Below, one piece after another: positions 29,731 through 41,690 of a stretch of 64,000 nt of DNA. A program made the translations under genes and the position numbers. This stretch comes from Acidobacteriota bacterium (GTDB lineage: Bacteria; Acidobacteriota; UBA6911): the NCBI GenBank assembly GCA_963664705.1, contig OY761556.1:2784001-2848000 (forward strand), given 5' to 3'. The notes beneath the pieces were generated by a model. It was not told where the DNA came from and made no database searches. It worked only from the letters and a program-made list of their open reading frames with translations. How positions within the stretch are numbered: position 1 is the stretch's first letter; every line of letters starts with the position of its first letter.

Positions 29731-30188
29731 AATCTTTTTTCCAGGAACTGCGCCTTGTTCCGCGTATCATCTGGCCCATAGCGCTGATGGCCACCAGTGC
29801 CATCTGGTACCTGTTTTTCTGGGCACCGCGATCGTGGCCCATCACCCGCACTGAAGTTGCCTTCCTGGCCTGGGGAGCGCTGATCTTCTTTGCCTGGGTT
29901 GTGATGATCGGGTACATCTACTCCGATTCCCGGCGACGAGGCATGCGCCATATCATGTGGACCATGCTGGCCATCTTCATCCCATATTTTATCGGAGCCA
30001 TCCTCTATTTCGTTCTGCGGGATCCACTATTGGTCGCGTGTCCCAAATGCACTGCCAATTGCCGGAGTACTTTTGTGTACTGCCCGAAATGCGGCGCCGA
30101 GATTTCGCCAGCCTGCCCCGAATGCAAACGCGCGGTGGAGCCTACCTGGAATCGCTGCGCTTATTGCGGGAAAGAGCTCATCAGCTGA
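29727..30188 (+). CDS. Membrane protein with PLDc_N-like segment and double zinc ribbon
   Basis: ATGA overlap with the anti-sigma stop. DSRRRGM...W...GAILYF..R motif. Four CxxC pairs (CPKC, CPKC, CPEC, CAYC). Confidence 0.85.
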   Translation: MKSFFQELRLVPRIIWPIALMATSAIWYLFFWAPRSWPITRTEVAFLAWGALIFFAWVVMIGYIYSDSRRRGMRHIMWTMLAIFIPYFIGAILYFVLRDPLLVACPKCTANCRSTFVYCPKCGAEISPACPECKRAVEPTWNRCAYCGKELIS

Positions 30189-30471
30189 ACTTTAAAACCA
30201 TATTTTCCATTCGATGCGATGCAGGCCGGTAGACCCGCGTGGAAATGCCGGCTCCGCCTCAGTTACCTGTCCTTTTCCATTCCCTTCAAAGCACCTGCCC
30301 CCCAATGGATGCCAAGGGCAGAAGTTCCGCCCCGAGGGGACGCGCATTTCGCGTCTGCCAATTTTTCTATCGGGATCCATTTGCTTCTCTTCATCCGCGA
30401 CCTTAAATAATAGCAAAGCGCGGGGGAAACCCTGGCTTATTGAGCGCCACCCGCATCGGAAGGAGTGTGCC

Positions 30472-31407
30472 ATGCACGCCAGGCTCACAGTAGTACTTGC
30501 CGCTTTGATTCTCTCTTCCACCACACTTTGGGCTCACGGGATTGTAGGAAATCGCATGTTCATTGAACCGCTGTTCACCGAGGATGCGAATGTCAAGAAC
30601 GAGCTCGTATTGCCGTTCCTCAAATTTGGAGTTCAACCCGATGGCACCTGGCGCCAGACCTCCTTCGCACTGGAGAAGCAACTATACCCGGAACGCCTCT
30701 CCATAATTTTGGAGTCCGGGCGCATGAACCGGCATGACGGCTCGTCGCGCCTGTCCGGGTGGGACAATCTGGAGCTGGGCGTGAAATTCCAGGCATATAC
30801 CAATGATGCACACGAGTTTCTGCTGAGCCCGGCCTTGTTTGCAGCGCTCCCCACCAGCTCCAGATCGGTGACAGAGCATGAAACCTCATTGACGCCGATG
30901 CTGCTGTTTGGAAAGGGCTTGAACGAAGCTCCATCGCGATGGATGCGCCCATTGGCGATCCAGGGAGATGTCGGCTTTTCATCTTCAGTGCGAGGTCCTT
31001 CGGAGAAGGAATTCCAATTTAATGCCGTGTTGATGTACAGCGTTCCCTATCTGAACCACTATATTCGAAAAGCAGACGATCGTTACGCCGTGGAACATAG
31101 CCTTCGGCGGGGACTTTCCCGCGGGGCGTTGTTGGGAAATCTTTTCCCATTTGTTGAATTCAACAGCACACATCCAATAAATAGCGAGGATGCACGGGTC
31201 TCGAGTTCTCTGCGCCCGGGGATCCTTTGGATGGGCCAATATGTCCAGGCAAGCCTGGCCGCGGACATTCCGGTTCAATACTCCGGCGCGGAGGATCGCC
31301 CACACAGAGGCGTCTGCATTTCATTCGATTGGTTTCTTGATGAAATATTCGACAGCCTGAAATGGACACCGTTTGGCAACCATTCGCGGAGCCATGGGAA
31401 ACATTAG
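30472..31407 (+). CDS. Putative outer-membrane beta-barrel, possibly metal uptake
   Basis: AAGGAG SD, signal peptide, mature N-terminus HGIVGNRMF, alternating beta-strand pattern, His-rich tail HSRSHGKH. Confidence 0.7.
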   Translation: MHARLTVVLAALILSSTTLWAHGIVGNRMFIEPLFTEDANVKNELVLPFLKFGVQPDGTWRQTSFALEKQLYPERLSIILESGRMNRHDGSSRLSGWDNLELGVKFQAYTNDAHEFLLSPALFAALPTSSRSVTEHETSLTPMLLFGKGLNEAPSRWMRPLAIQGDVGFSSSVRGPSEKEFQFNAVLMYSVPYLNHYIRKADDRYAVEHSLRRGLSRGALLGNLFPFVEFNSTHPINSEDARVSSSLRPGILWMGQYVQASLAADIPVQYSGAEDRPHRGVCISFDWFLDEIFDSLKWTPFGNHSRSHGKH

Positions 31408-31427
31408 GAAGCGAGGATACCACGAAA

Positions 31428-32492
31428 TCAGGAACCGGATTTCGTGCTGTTCCCGTGTATGTATACGGCACGAGCCGGCAGCGGGATGGCAATGTTTTCG
31501 AGTCGAAAGCGCTTCAGGATTCGCTTTCTCAACTCATGTTGAACGGAGAACTGATCCACGAATTCGGCAACCTGGCAGCTGAGCGAAAAATCCAGCGACG
31601 AACTCCCGAACCCGGGGATAAACCGAACGGATGGCGGCGGCTCCAGGAGCAGCCCCTTGATTTCACCGGCCCCTTTGCGAACCTCGTCCAGCAGGATTGC
31701 CTCAATCCGGTCCGGGTCGCTCTCCAGGCTTACCGACACAGGAATACTGAAACCGATCTGTTTCTCCGGAAGATGATAGTTGGTAACGATTGCCTGTGCG
31801 AGTTTCGAATTTGGAATGATTACCAGGTTATTGGCCAGCGCTCGAATGGTCGTGCTGCGCCAGCCGATATCGGACACATATCCCTCCTGGCCGGAGTCGA
31901 GCTTAATATAATCCCCAGGCCGCACATAGCCTGCCAGGCTGACGTAAAAACCTGCAAAAAAATTAGCCAAGGTATCCTGGAGCCCGAGAGCAACAGCGAG
32001 GCCGCCGACGCCCAAAGCCGTCAACAGCGGAGTGATGGACATTCCCAAAGAACTCAGCAAAATCAGGATACCGACAATGATCACGGCTACCTGGGCCATG
32101 TTTTGTGTCAGGGAGGTTACCGGAAGAGTTCCCTGGACCTTGGCGCCATAATTTTTGACCGTCTCGCTCGCCAGCCTTGCACCGACAAATGTCAGCGACG
32201 TGATCATCAGAAAAAGCAGGATTTTTGCAATGAGGTCGCTGATTCTGTTCGGCAGGACGGAGAGTTGAGCGGCAAGGTGAAGCGCCAGCATGATAACCCA
32301 GATCATGAAAGGGCCACGCAGTGCCTGCACAACAATATCGTCAAATTTGCCCGATGTCTTTTTTGCCCAGCGCGCCAGAGTTCCAAACAGGATGCGTCGA
32401 ACCACGAATCCGAGGACCAGGGTGATGAAGAATATCAATGCGGGAGTCAAGAGCTGGATACTGTGGTTGCGCATGAACTCGATCACTTTCAT
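31428..32492 (-). CDS. mscS: Small-conductance mechanosensitive channel (MscS family)
   Basis: LGVGGLAVALGLQDTLANFFAG, RPGDYI, GYVSDIGWRST, IIPNS. Confidence 0.93.
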   Translation of the reverse strand: MKVIEFMRNHSIQLLTPALIFFITLVLGFVVRRILFGTLARWAKKTSGKFDDIVVQALRGPFMIWVIMLALHLAAQLSVLPNRISDLIAKILLFLMITSLTFVGARLASETVKNYGAKVQGTLPVTSLTQNMAQVAVIIVGILILLSSLGMSITPLLTALGVGGLAVALGLQDTLANFFAGFYVSLAGYVRPGDYIKLDSGQEGYVSDIGWRSTTIRALANNLVIIPNSKLAQAIVTNYHLPEKQIGFSIPVSVSLESDPDRIEAILLDEVRKGAGEIKGLLLEPPPSVRFIPGFGSSSLDFSLSCQVAEFVDQFSVQHELRKRILKRFRLENIAIPLPARAVYIHGNSTKSGS

Positions 32493-32769
32493 TTCCGTTT
32501 CCCTCAAACCCGAAGCTAACATACCACCGAGGAAAACGCTACAGAAGCCTGAGCCGAAAGACGCGCCGACATTGAGCGCTCTGTGTCATACTTTAGCCGA
32601 GCGTATTGCGGCCTCCTTGATGTTTCGTTTGCCTTTTCCCGGACACCCGATTAAGATCGCCCCGCGGAAATTCTTAATTCGGTTCAGCTGCCAATAGACA
32701 TGAAAAGGAATCAGGATTCGGGATTCCGAAGCGCCGAATTTCCTGGTCTCCACTACCGGTGTTTTCGAT

Positions 32770-35101
<2,332 letters not shown>

Positions 35102-35111
35102 TCTTCTTCCC

Positions 35112-37172
35112 TCACACCCAACTCTTGGTAGGCTGATAGTCGAAAGGTTCCATGGAGAAGCTGCCGCGACCTTGCGTCAGCGAGCGCATATGGGTCGAAT
35201 ACCCGAACATTTCAGAGAGAGGCACCAATCCACGGACAACGGCAAAGCCGCTGATGAGATCGGTTTCGCGAATCTCGGCTCTTCGCGCGCCAAGATCCTT
35301 CATGATCGGTCCCAGGCAATCATCGGGAGTACGGACCTCAAGGCTCATCACAGGCTCGAGCACGATAGTCTGCGCTTGAGCAATCGCCTCACGCAATGCC
35401 AGGGTAAGGGTTCCCAGCAGGGGGACGACGGGATCGGGTGGATCGTTATGCCGGAATTCCAGAACGTTAATTCTCACATCCACGATCGGGTACCCATGCG
35501 ACCCGCCGGAATTACATCCGCGCATCAGAATTTCCTGGGCTTCGCGCTCGAGTGCGGAGGTGAGAACTTTTGCAATGCGGGAGACATCAACCTCTACCGG
35601 AGCCAGGCTCCGATCGCCCGCGGTCCGGGGCCGGGGCAGAATTTCCAACGCGGCCCGGCCGCTGACCAGAACATCGCTGATGCGCTTTTCGAATTCGCCC
35701 TTGCCGACGGCTCGCACGGTCGTGGTTTCCCGATAGGATACGCGCGGACGGCCAAAAAAGGCGGGGACATTAAACTCCCGCTGCATCCGGTTGCGAGTCA
35801 CTTCCAGGTGTAATTCTCCCATACCCGAAAGAATCATCTGCCCGGTTTCTTCATCCGTTGTGACACTCATGGTCGGATCTTCACGCAGCAGACGCGTAAC
35901 GATTTCGAAAAGCTTATCCCGATCCGCCGAGGTCTGGGTCTCAACGGCCATTGAAACCACGGTCTGGGGAAAGTGAATCGGCTCGTAGGTAATGTGGTGC
36001 TGCGGATCGCACAGAGTATCGCCCGTGACAACATCCTTCAAACCGTGCACCGCGATGATATCGCCGCAGCGGGCCTGATCCACTGGTTCCGTGCGGTCTG
36101 CATGCAGGCGAAGAATGCGCCGGAGGCGAATATTTTTTTTGGTGCGCGGATGATAACAACGTTCCTCCGTCGATAAAGATCCGGAATAGACTCGCATCCA
36201 CAGGTAATCGGTGCTGGTGGTCGCGACGACTTTAAAAACCAGCGCGGAAAATGGCGCTTCCAGCGTTAAAGGGCGTTCCACAGCCTTGCCTGTTTCCGGA
36301 TCCATCCCTTGCGCCGGGGGGCGATCCAGAGGCGAAGGCAGGTAATTACAGATCGCATCCAGCACTGGCTGGACACCAAGATCGCGCAAAGCAGCACCAC
36401 AAAAGACGGGGATCAGCTTGCCGCTCAGCGTGGCCTCTCGGATGCCGCGTCGAAGATCCTTGGTCGAAATAGGATCACCTGACAAATAGAGATCCGCCAG
36501 CCAGTCGACGCAATCCGCGGCATTTTCAATCAGCTGATTCCTGGCTTCTTCGACGATGTCGGCCATTTCGGCTGGGATTGGTCGGAATTCCTGGTCGCGT
36601 CCGCGCGTTGCCGGATCGAACACCGTAAGGTGCAGATCGAGCAGGTCGATTATGCCGCCCAGCTGGCTTTCCCCGCCGTAGGGTATATTCAAAAAAACGG
36701 CGCGCGCGCCAAGTCGCGTTTGAATCTGCTTCAGAACGCGTTCGTAATCGGCTCCCGCCCGATCAAGCTTGTTGATGAATGCTATTCGCGGGACCTGATA
36801 GCGGTCGGCCTGTCTCCATACCGTCTCGCTCTGCGGTTCAACTCCTTCCACTCCCGAAAAGATGACGACGGCGCCATCCAGCACTCGAAGGCTTCGCTCG
36901 ACCTCCGCCGTAAAATCCACATGGCCCGGCGTGTCGATCAGGTTGATCTGGTGGTTGCTCCAAGGGAAAGTGGTTGCCGCAGCAGATATTGTAATGCCGC
37001 GCTCGCGTTCATCGGCCCTGAAATCCATCACAGCCAGGCCGTCATGAACCTCGCCGATTTTATGGGTTCTACCGGAATAGAAAAGGAAACGCTCGGTCGC
37101 CGTGGTTTTTCCGGCATCAATATGAGCGATAATCCCTACGTTTCGCACGCGCTCGAGCGGCGTCAATGCCAT
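35112..37172 (-). CDS. fusA: Elongation factor G paralogue with divergent domain IV
   Basis: AHIDAGKTT, ERERGITI, DTPGHVDF, NKLD, GMGELHL, VSYRET, LEPVM, RSLTQGRG. Not next to rpsL/rpsG/tuf. GGAGG SD before ATG 37172. Confidence 0.92.
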   Translation of the reverse strand: MALTPLERVRNVGIIAHIDAGKTTATERFLFYSGRTHKIGEVHDGLAVMDFRADERERGITISAAATTFPWSNHQINLIDTPGHVDFTAEVERSLRVLDGAVVIFSGVEGVEPQSETVWRQADRYQVPRIAFINKLDRAGADYERVLKQIQTRLGARAVFLNIPYGGESQLGGIIDLLDLHLTVFDPATRGRDQEFRPIPAEMADIVEEARNQLIENAADCVDWLADLYLSGDPISTKDLRRGIREATLSGKLIPVFCGAALRDLGVQPVLDAICNYLPSPLDRPPAQGMDPETGKAVERPLTLEAPFSALVFKVVATTSTDYLWMRVYSGSLSTEERCYHPRTKKNIRLRRILRLHADRTEPVDQARCGDIIAVHGLKDVVTGDTLCDPQHHITYEPIHFPQTVVSMAVETQTSADRDKLFEIVTRLLREDPTMSVTTDEETGQMILSGMGELHLEVTRNRMQREFNVPAFFGRPRVSYRETTTVRAVGKGEFEKRISDVLVSGRAALEILPRPRTAGDRSLAPVEVDVSRIAKVLTSALEREAQEILMRGCNSGGSHGYPIVDVRINVLEFRHNDPPDPVVPLLGTLTLALREAIAQAQTIVLEPVMSLEVRTPDDCLGPIMKDLGARRAEIRETDLISGFAVVRGLVPLSEMFGYSTHMRSLTQGRGSFSMEPFDYQPTKSWV

Positions 37173-37396
37173 CCAACCCTCCATCTCGAAACACAGATTT
37201 CAGTACTTTTGCAGTTCGTGCATCATTCGTCAAGAGATTAAGGGAACCCTTCAGTTATTTGCGTTTGGATCCATGTTCAAACGGGAAATATGGCGCGCCC
37301 CGTACAAAAGATTTGAGCCGCACAATGCCAACAGGCGGATAAAGGCTTGCAAGCGGGGATCCGTTCAATGCAAAATCTTCTGATCGTCAACAGCGA

Positions 37397-38122
37397 GTGA
37401 GGAGCATGAGAACGATTGTTGATTTGAATGTAGCCGATCTCACACCAACCCAGGATGAAGTGCTCTCGGCCCAGGGAATGGCAGGCCGCGCCAATATCCC
37501 GGATCGGATTCGCAGTCTGATTGATTCAGCGCTGGATCTGTTCCGTGAATTGGCTGAGCCCAAAGGGTTGATGCAGGAAGTATCTCTTTCAGAATTTGAA
37601 GCCATCTATGCAGGAGACGGCCTGAATTCTCCGGAAGGCCCGGTGCCGCTGATAATACCACGGGCAGATGGCCTTGCCATCTTTGCCGCGACCATGGGTA
37701 GTTCCCTGATATCTAAAAGCAGCGAGCTTTTTGCCAAGGGAGGGCCCGCATTGGGTTTCATGCTGGACGCCGTCAACTCGAGCGCAGCCGAACGTCTTGG
37801 GAGACAGATGGGCCTGCAATTCGTCGGTTCGATGCCGGAGGAAATCCGCGGGGCAAAGCCGCTCAAGGTTCAGTATTATTGCCCCGGTCATTGCGGCTGG
37901 CATATTTCCGGCCAGGTAAAGCTGTTTCAATCCCTTCATCCTGAGGAAATCGGAATGTCTGTGAGCGACCGATGGGTCATGCAGCCGGTCAAATCCATCT
38001 CGGGAGTCCTGGTCGCCGGCGAAATGGACATACACAGGTTTCAGCCCGCGTTCTCTTTCTGCAAGGATTGCAGGGAGCATAAATGCATCAAAAGGCTGTT
38101 GCTTCTGGAAAACGAAGGCTAA
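37397..38122 (+). CDS. Stand-alone methionine synthase activation-domain-like protein
   Basis: FAATMG, G.MLDA..S.AAE, YCPGHCGW...Q..LF, M.PVKSISG, C-terminal CxxC...C. Confidence 0.75.
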   Translation: MRSMRTIVDLNVADLTPTQDEVLSAQGMAGRANIPDRIRSLIDSALDLFRELAEPKGLMQEVSLSEFEAIYAGDGLNSPEGPVPLIIPRADGLAIFAATMGSSLISKSSELFAKGGPALGFMLDAVNSSAAERLGRQMGLQFVGSMPEEIRGAKPLKVQYYCPGHCGWHISGQVKLFQSLHPEEIGMSVSDRWVMQPVKSISGVLVAGEMDIHRFQPAFSFCKDCREHKCIKRLLLLENEG

Positions 38123-38295
38123 TGCAGCGGGTCCAACGGATCTTTATATAAGACATGTAATGGAAGCTACATACCGAGCGCCGGAGGCGTTAAAATAGCA
38201 ATTCCATAGAGCAAAGGACTTCGGATTCACTACACTGGCACCTGCCGCAGAAGGCTTTGAGTCCGGATCACGGGATTCCGATAATGGGATGAGAC

Positions 38296-39186
38296 ATGGA
38301 AAACATACTGAAACGATTGCAGCGAGGAGAAGTTATTGTCGGCGATGGTGCCTTGGGCACCATGTTGATGCAACGGGGCCTCAAACTTGGCGAACCACCG
38401 GAGGCGTTGAACCTGACAAAGCCGGGCATCCTCGAAGAAATCGCCTCGCTTTATCTAGAAGCAGGCGCCGAGATAATTACAACCAATACATTCGGGGCAT
38501 CCACTTTAAGGCTCCGGCAATTTTCACTGGACGGCGAAATTGATGCCATCAACAGAAGCGCCGTGGCGGCAGTACGCCGGGTTGTCCAGGATCGTGCTTA
38601 TGTTTCCGGATCCGTCGGGCCCTCCGCACACATGCTCGAACCTTTCGGAGATACCGATCCCAACGAAATTTTACTGAGTTTTCAAGCACAGATCCGAGCT
38701 CTCCTGTCCGCCGGAGTCGACCTGATCTGCATTGAAACAATGACGGACGTCGCGGAGGCAAAGCTCGCGATCGAGGCTGCACGAACCGTCAGTGCCGATA
38801 TTCCTATCATGGCCACCATGACTTTCAGCAGATCTCCACAGGGCGGTTTCTTTACTTTAATGCGGACGCCACTGAAAGACGCCTGCGAGGAATTGGAGAA
38901 TGCCGGCGCCAACATCGTGGGATCCAATTGCGGCGATGGCATGGAAAGCATGGTTAGTATTGCCGGCGAATTCCGGAAGTACGCGAGAGTTCCTGTCGCC
39001 ATTCAGGGCAATGCAGGACTCCCAATTGTCGAGGGAGACAAGCTAACTTACCCGGATACTCCAGAATATGTCGCGGGGAAAGCTAAAGAAATGCTGCAAC
39101 TCGGAGTACAGATTATCGGTGGCTGCTGTGGCACGCAGCCGGATCATATTCGCGAAATCAGGAAGATCGTGGATGGCAGGCGCTAA
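38296..39186 (+). CDS. Homocysteine S-methyltransferase domain protein (MetH N-terminal domain)
   Basis: DGALGT.L, TNTFGA, GSVGP, IETM, Zn ligands GSNC and GGCCGT, NAGLP. Confidence 0.92.
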   Translation: MENILKRLQRGEVIVGDGALGTMLMQRGLKLGEPPEALNLTKPGILEEIASLYLEAGAEIITTNTFGASTLRLRQFSLDGEIDAINRSAVAAVRRVVQDRAYVSGSVGPSAHMLEPFGDTDPNEILLSFQAQIRALLSAGVDLICIETMTDVAEAKLAIEAARTVSADIPIMATMTFSRSPQGGFFTLMRTPLKDACEELENAGANIVGSNCGDGMESMVSIAGEFRKYARVPVAIQGNAGLPIVEGDKLTYPDTPEYVAGKAKEMLQLGVQIIGGCCGTQPDHIREIRKIVDGRR

Positions 39187-39260
39187 ACAGCGGACCCTGG
39201 ATAGGTTCGGTTGGGATTTTGGGTGTGCTAGACTTAAAAAAGATCCAATGGAGGCACACC

Positions 39261-39470
39261 ATGAGATTAAGTGCACGGAACGTGTTAAAGGGCAAGATCA
39301 AGCAGGTGAAAGCAGGGGCGGTCAACACTGAAATAGTAATGGAACTGGCTCAGGGCGTCGAGGTTGTCTCGATTATCACAAAGGAGTCTGCCGATAATCT
39401 GCAACTGGCACCTGGCAAGATCGCCTATGCTGTCGTCAAGGCATCCAATGTCATGATCGCGGTCGATTAA
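39261..39470 (+). CDS. mop: Molbindin / single TOBE-domain molybdate-binding protein
   Basis: MRLSARNVLKG, GAVNTE, SIIT.ES..L.L..G, A.VKASNVMI. 69 aa. GGAGG SD. Confidence 0.93.
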   Translation: MRLSARNVLKGKIKQVKAGAVNTEIVMELAQGVEVVSIITKESADNLQLAPGKIAYAVVKASNVMIAVD

Positions 39471-39474
39471 GTTT

Positions 39475-39515
39475 GGGAGCCGGGAGCCGGGCCAGAATTC
39501 CGGCTCCTGGCTCCC
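39475..39515. repeat. Heptamer-based hairpin between convergent genes, likely a terminator
   Basis: gggagccgggagccgg / ccggctcctggctccc, 16-bp stem with one G-U pair. Confidence 0.75.
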
Positions 39516-39523
39516 TCGTTCAT

Positions 39524-40825
39524 TTACAGCCGCAGGAATATTTTTCTCTTGTACAGAAAGTGCGCAAAGAGAAAAACCAGCGACAGGCCGACAATTGAAA
39601 TCACCAATTCGTCGAATCCCGCGGCGATATGGTCATTTAAAAAGAGCCCTACGCTTCCCCCAACGATCCGTCCCGCAGGCTTCCGGAAGCTGCCGATGAT
39701 ACTGGCAGTCATATAAATCGTAATGGAATTCATCCCGATCCATACAAACGGCTGGCACCATTTGCGCACCTGCCAGACATCCACAATCAGGTAAAAGAGA
39801 CCCAGCAAAATCGAACTGTATCCTCCGGCAACAAGGGCGTAAGATGGAGTCCAGATTCTTTTGACCACAGGAAGCTGCAGATTCCAGAGCCATCCTGCCA
39901 GGGCAGCCGCAATGCCGAATCCAATCAGGCAGGCGGCTTTTTTCCGGCTCTCGATCGATTGAGCCAGCAGCAACAGGCCGGCAAATACCCCCAGCAGACA
40001 GGACGCAATACCTCCCAGAGAGCTCAGTAATCCCTCCGGGTCAAAAAACACATCATACTTGCGCCCGCCCAGGTACTGAAAATCCAGGTGATCGGACAGG
40101 TTGTAGCCGCGTTCATACTTCCCCGTCACGCGCATCTGCTGCCCATAAAACAGCTTTTCCGCCGCGGTCCATGCAACGCTGTCAGGCACCGCCGAAAAAT
40201 TCCGATCTTCCCGGAGGCTTTCGGCTCCCTCCCCATCGCCATTGCGTTCGGCCATGGCGGCAAGGGCGTCCCGGGTGAGATGGATATCCCGAATCGGAAC
40301 GAAACTGAGCAGCGCCCAATAGCCCACCAGCAGGCCGACGCATATGGTCGCCAGAATCTTTGGCTTGAAGAAATGAAATAGCAGCGCGGTAACCAGATAG
40401 GCAATGGCGATGCGGTTGAGCACCCCCATTAATCGCACATCCGGCCAGGGATTTGAGATCCCGCCGGAATAGAAGATCCCCAGAAGGAAGATCAGGACGC
40501 TTCTTCGAATAATGCGCGTGAGGACTGCCTTGTGCCCCGTTCCTTTGCTCCGGCCAAGCGAAAATACAATCGATACGCCCACAATAAAAAGAAACAAGGG
40601 GAATATCAGATCATAGGCGTGAAACCCCTGCCATTCGGCGTGGATAAGCTGATAGGTAAGGAAACGGGTCGCCGGCTTTTGCGACATGCGATCAAGGGCA
40701 TAGGCCAAATAGTCGGCGCCTATGATCCAGAACATATCAAAGCCACGCAAAGCATCGAGAGACATGATGCGCGGACCGACACCTACGGGTGCAGGAACCA
40801 ATGGAGAATCTGTTTGAGTTTTCAT
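39524..40825 (-). CDS. HGSNAT/NagX-like (DUF5009) membrane acyltransferase family protein
   Basis: RIMSLDALRGFDM, H..WQG....DLIFPLFLFIVGVS, GVLNRIA, DPEGLLS, KRIWTPSY, GMNSI. Confidence 0.88.
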   Translation of the reverse strand: MKTQTDSPLVPAPVGVGPRIMSLDALRGFDMFWIIGADYLAYALDRMSQKPATRFLTYQLIHAEWQGFHAYDLIFPLFLFIVGVSIVFSLGRSKGTGHKAVLTRIIRRSVLIFLLGIFYSGGISNPWPDVRLMGVLNRIAIAYLVTALLFHFFKPKILATICVGLLVGYWALLSFVPIRDIHLTRDALAAMAERNGDGEGAESLREDRNFSAVPDSVAWTAAEKLFYGQQMRVTGKYERGYNLSDHLDFQYLGGRKYDVFFDPEGLLSSLGGIASCLLGVFAGLLLLAQSIESRKKAACLIGFGIAAALAGWLWNLQLPVVKRIWTPSYALVAGGYSSILLGLFYLIVDVWQVRKWCQPFVWIGMNSITIYMTASIIGSFRKPAGRIVGGSVGLFLNDHIAAGFDELVISIVGLSLVFLFAHFLYKRKIFLRL

Positions 40826-40917
40826 GGCAGGCTAGGTCTATATTAATCTCTTTCCAGTTACAAGCCGAAATATGCAAAGAATGGGGTCGACAACACAACA
40901 ACCATCGGAGGATTTCA

Positions 40918-41595
40918 ATGCAAAAGACCTGTCTATTCTCGATACTCCTGATCCTGATCTCGGCTTCCATTGCACTGGCCGGAGAAAACGAAGGATCCCA
41001 GGGAAGCGGTTGGGCTATCAATGCCAAAGCGGGCACGCTGGGCATAGGAGCGGATATCAGCCGCTCCATCGTACCTCGAGTTTTGAACCTGCGCGTTGGC
41101 GCCGGCTTCTTTTCCTACTCAACCGACCTATCGGAAGAAGGTATCGACTATTCGGCAAAATTGAAACTGGGGGCCATCCCCATTGCACTCGATGTGTTTC
41201 CCTTCAAGAATTGGTTTCGGCTCGGAGGAGGAGTCGTTGTTAATCTGAACGAAGTGAAGGGCACGGGACATTCATCCACTGGCACTTTTACCATTGGTGA
41301 TCGCCAATACACAGCACAGGATATTGGAGAAGTCGACGCCAAGATAAAGTTCAATCGCACCGCCCCATACTTCGGATTGGGCTTTAGCAACCCCATCAAA
41401 CGATCCGGGCACGTCAGCTTCTTCACTGACATCGGGATCCTTTATCATGGAACGCCTTCTGCCAGCCTTACAACGACCAAGAGTGTTCCCGGATTGCAGA
41501 CCGAAATTGATAAAGAACTGCAAAACATCAATGAAGACATTCGGGATTTCAAGCTGTTCCCCGTCCTTCAGTTTGGGCTCAGCATTCGTTTCTAG
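40918..41595 (+). CDS. Outer-membrane beta-barrel protein
   Basis: GGAGG SD, signal peptide, AGTLGIG, APYFGLG, C-terminal FPVLQFGLSIRF ending in Phe. Confidence 0.8.
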   Translation: MQKTCLFSILLILISASIALAGENEGSQGSGWAINAKAGTLGIGADISRSIVPRVLNLRVGAGFFSYSTDLSEEGIDYSAKLKLGAIPIALDVFPFKNWFRLGGGVVVNLNEVKGTGHSSTGTFTIGDRQYTAQDIGEVDAKIKFNRTAPYFGLGFSNPIKRSGHVSFFTDIGILYHGTPSASLTTTKSVPGLQTEIDKELQNINEDIRDFKLFPVLQFGLSIRF

Positions 41596-41690
41596 AAAGA
41601 GCCGTGCAATTCGCCGTTGCCGTTCATTCTCTGGCGGCGAATTGCATCGCCTTCACATGCTAGAATATTCATATAGTATGGAGAAGGAGA

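Noticed and set aside
30189-30471. Second DUF2946-like leader or metal riboswitch before the His-tailed OM protein
   Set aside because: No ORF with CxxC plus RAPP/RGPP in the forward frames, and no riboswitch consensus I can recognise.
37173-38295. Cobalamin or SAM riboswitch near the MetH-like genes
   Set aside because: I could not find the conserved cores by eye. An Rfam scan would be needed to exclude them.
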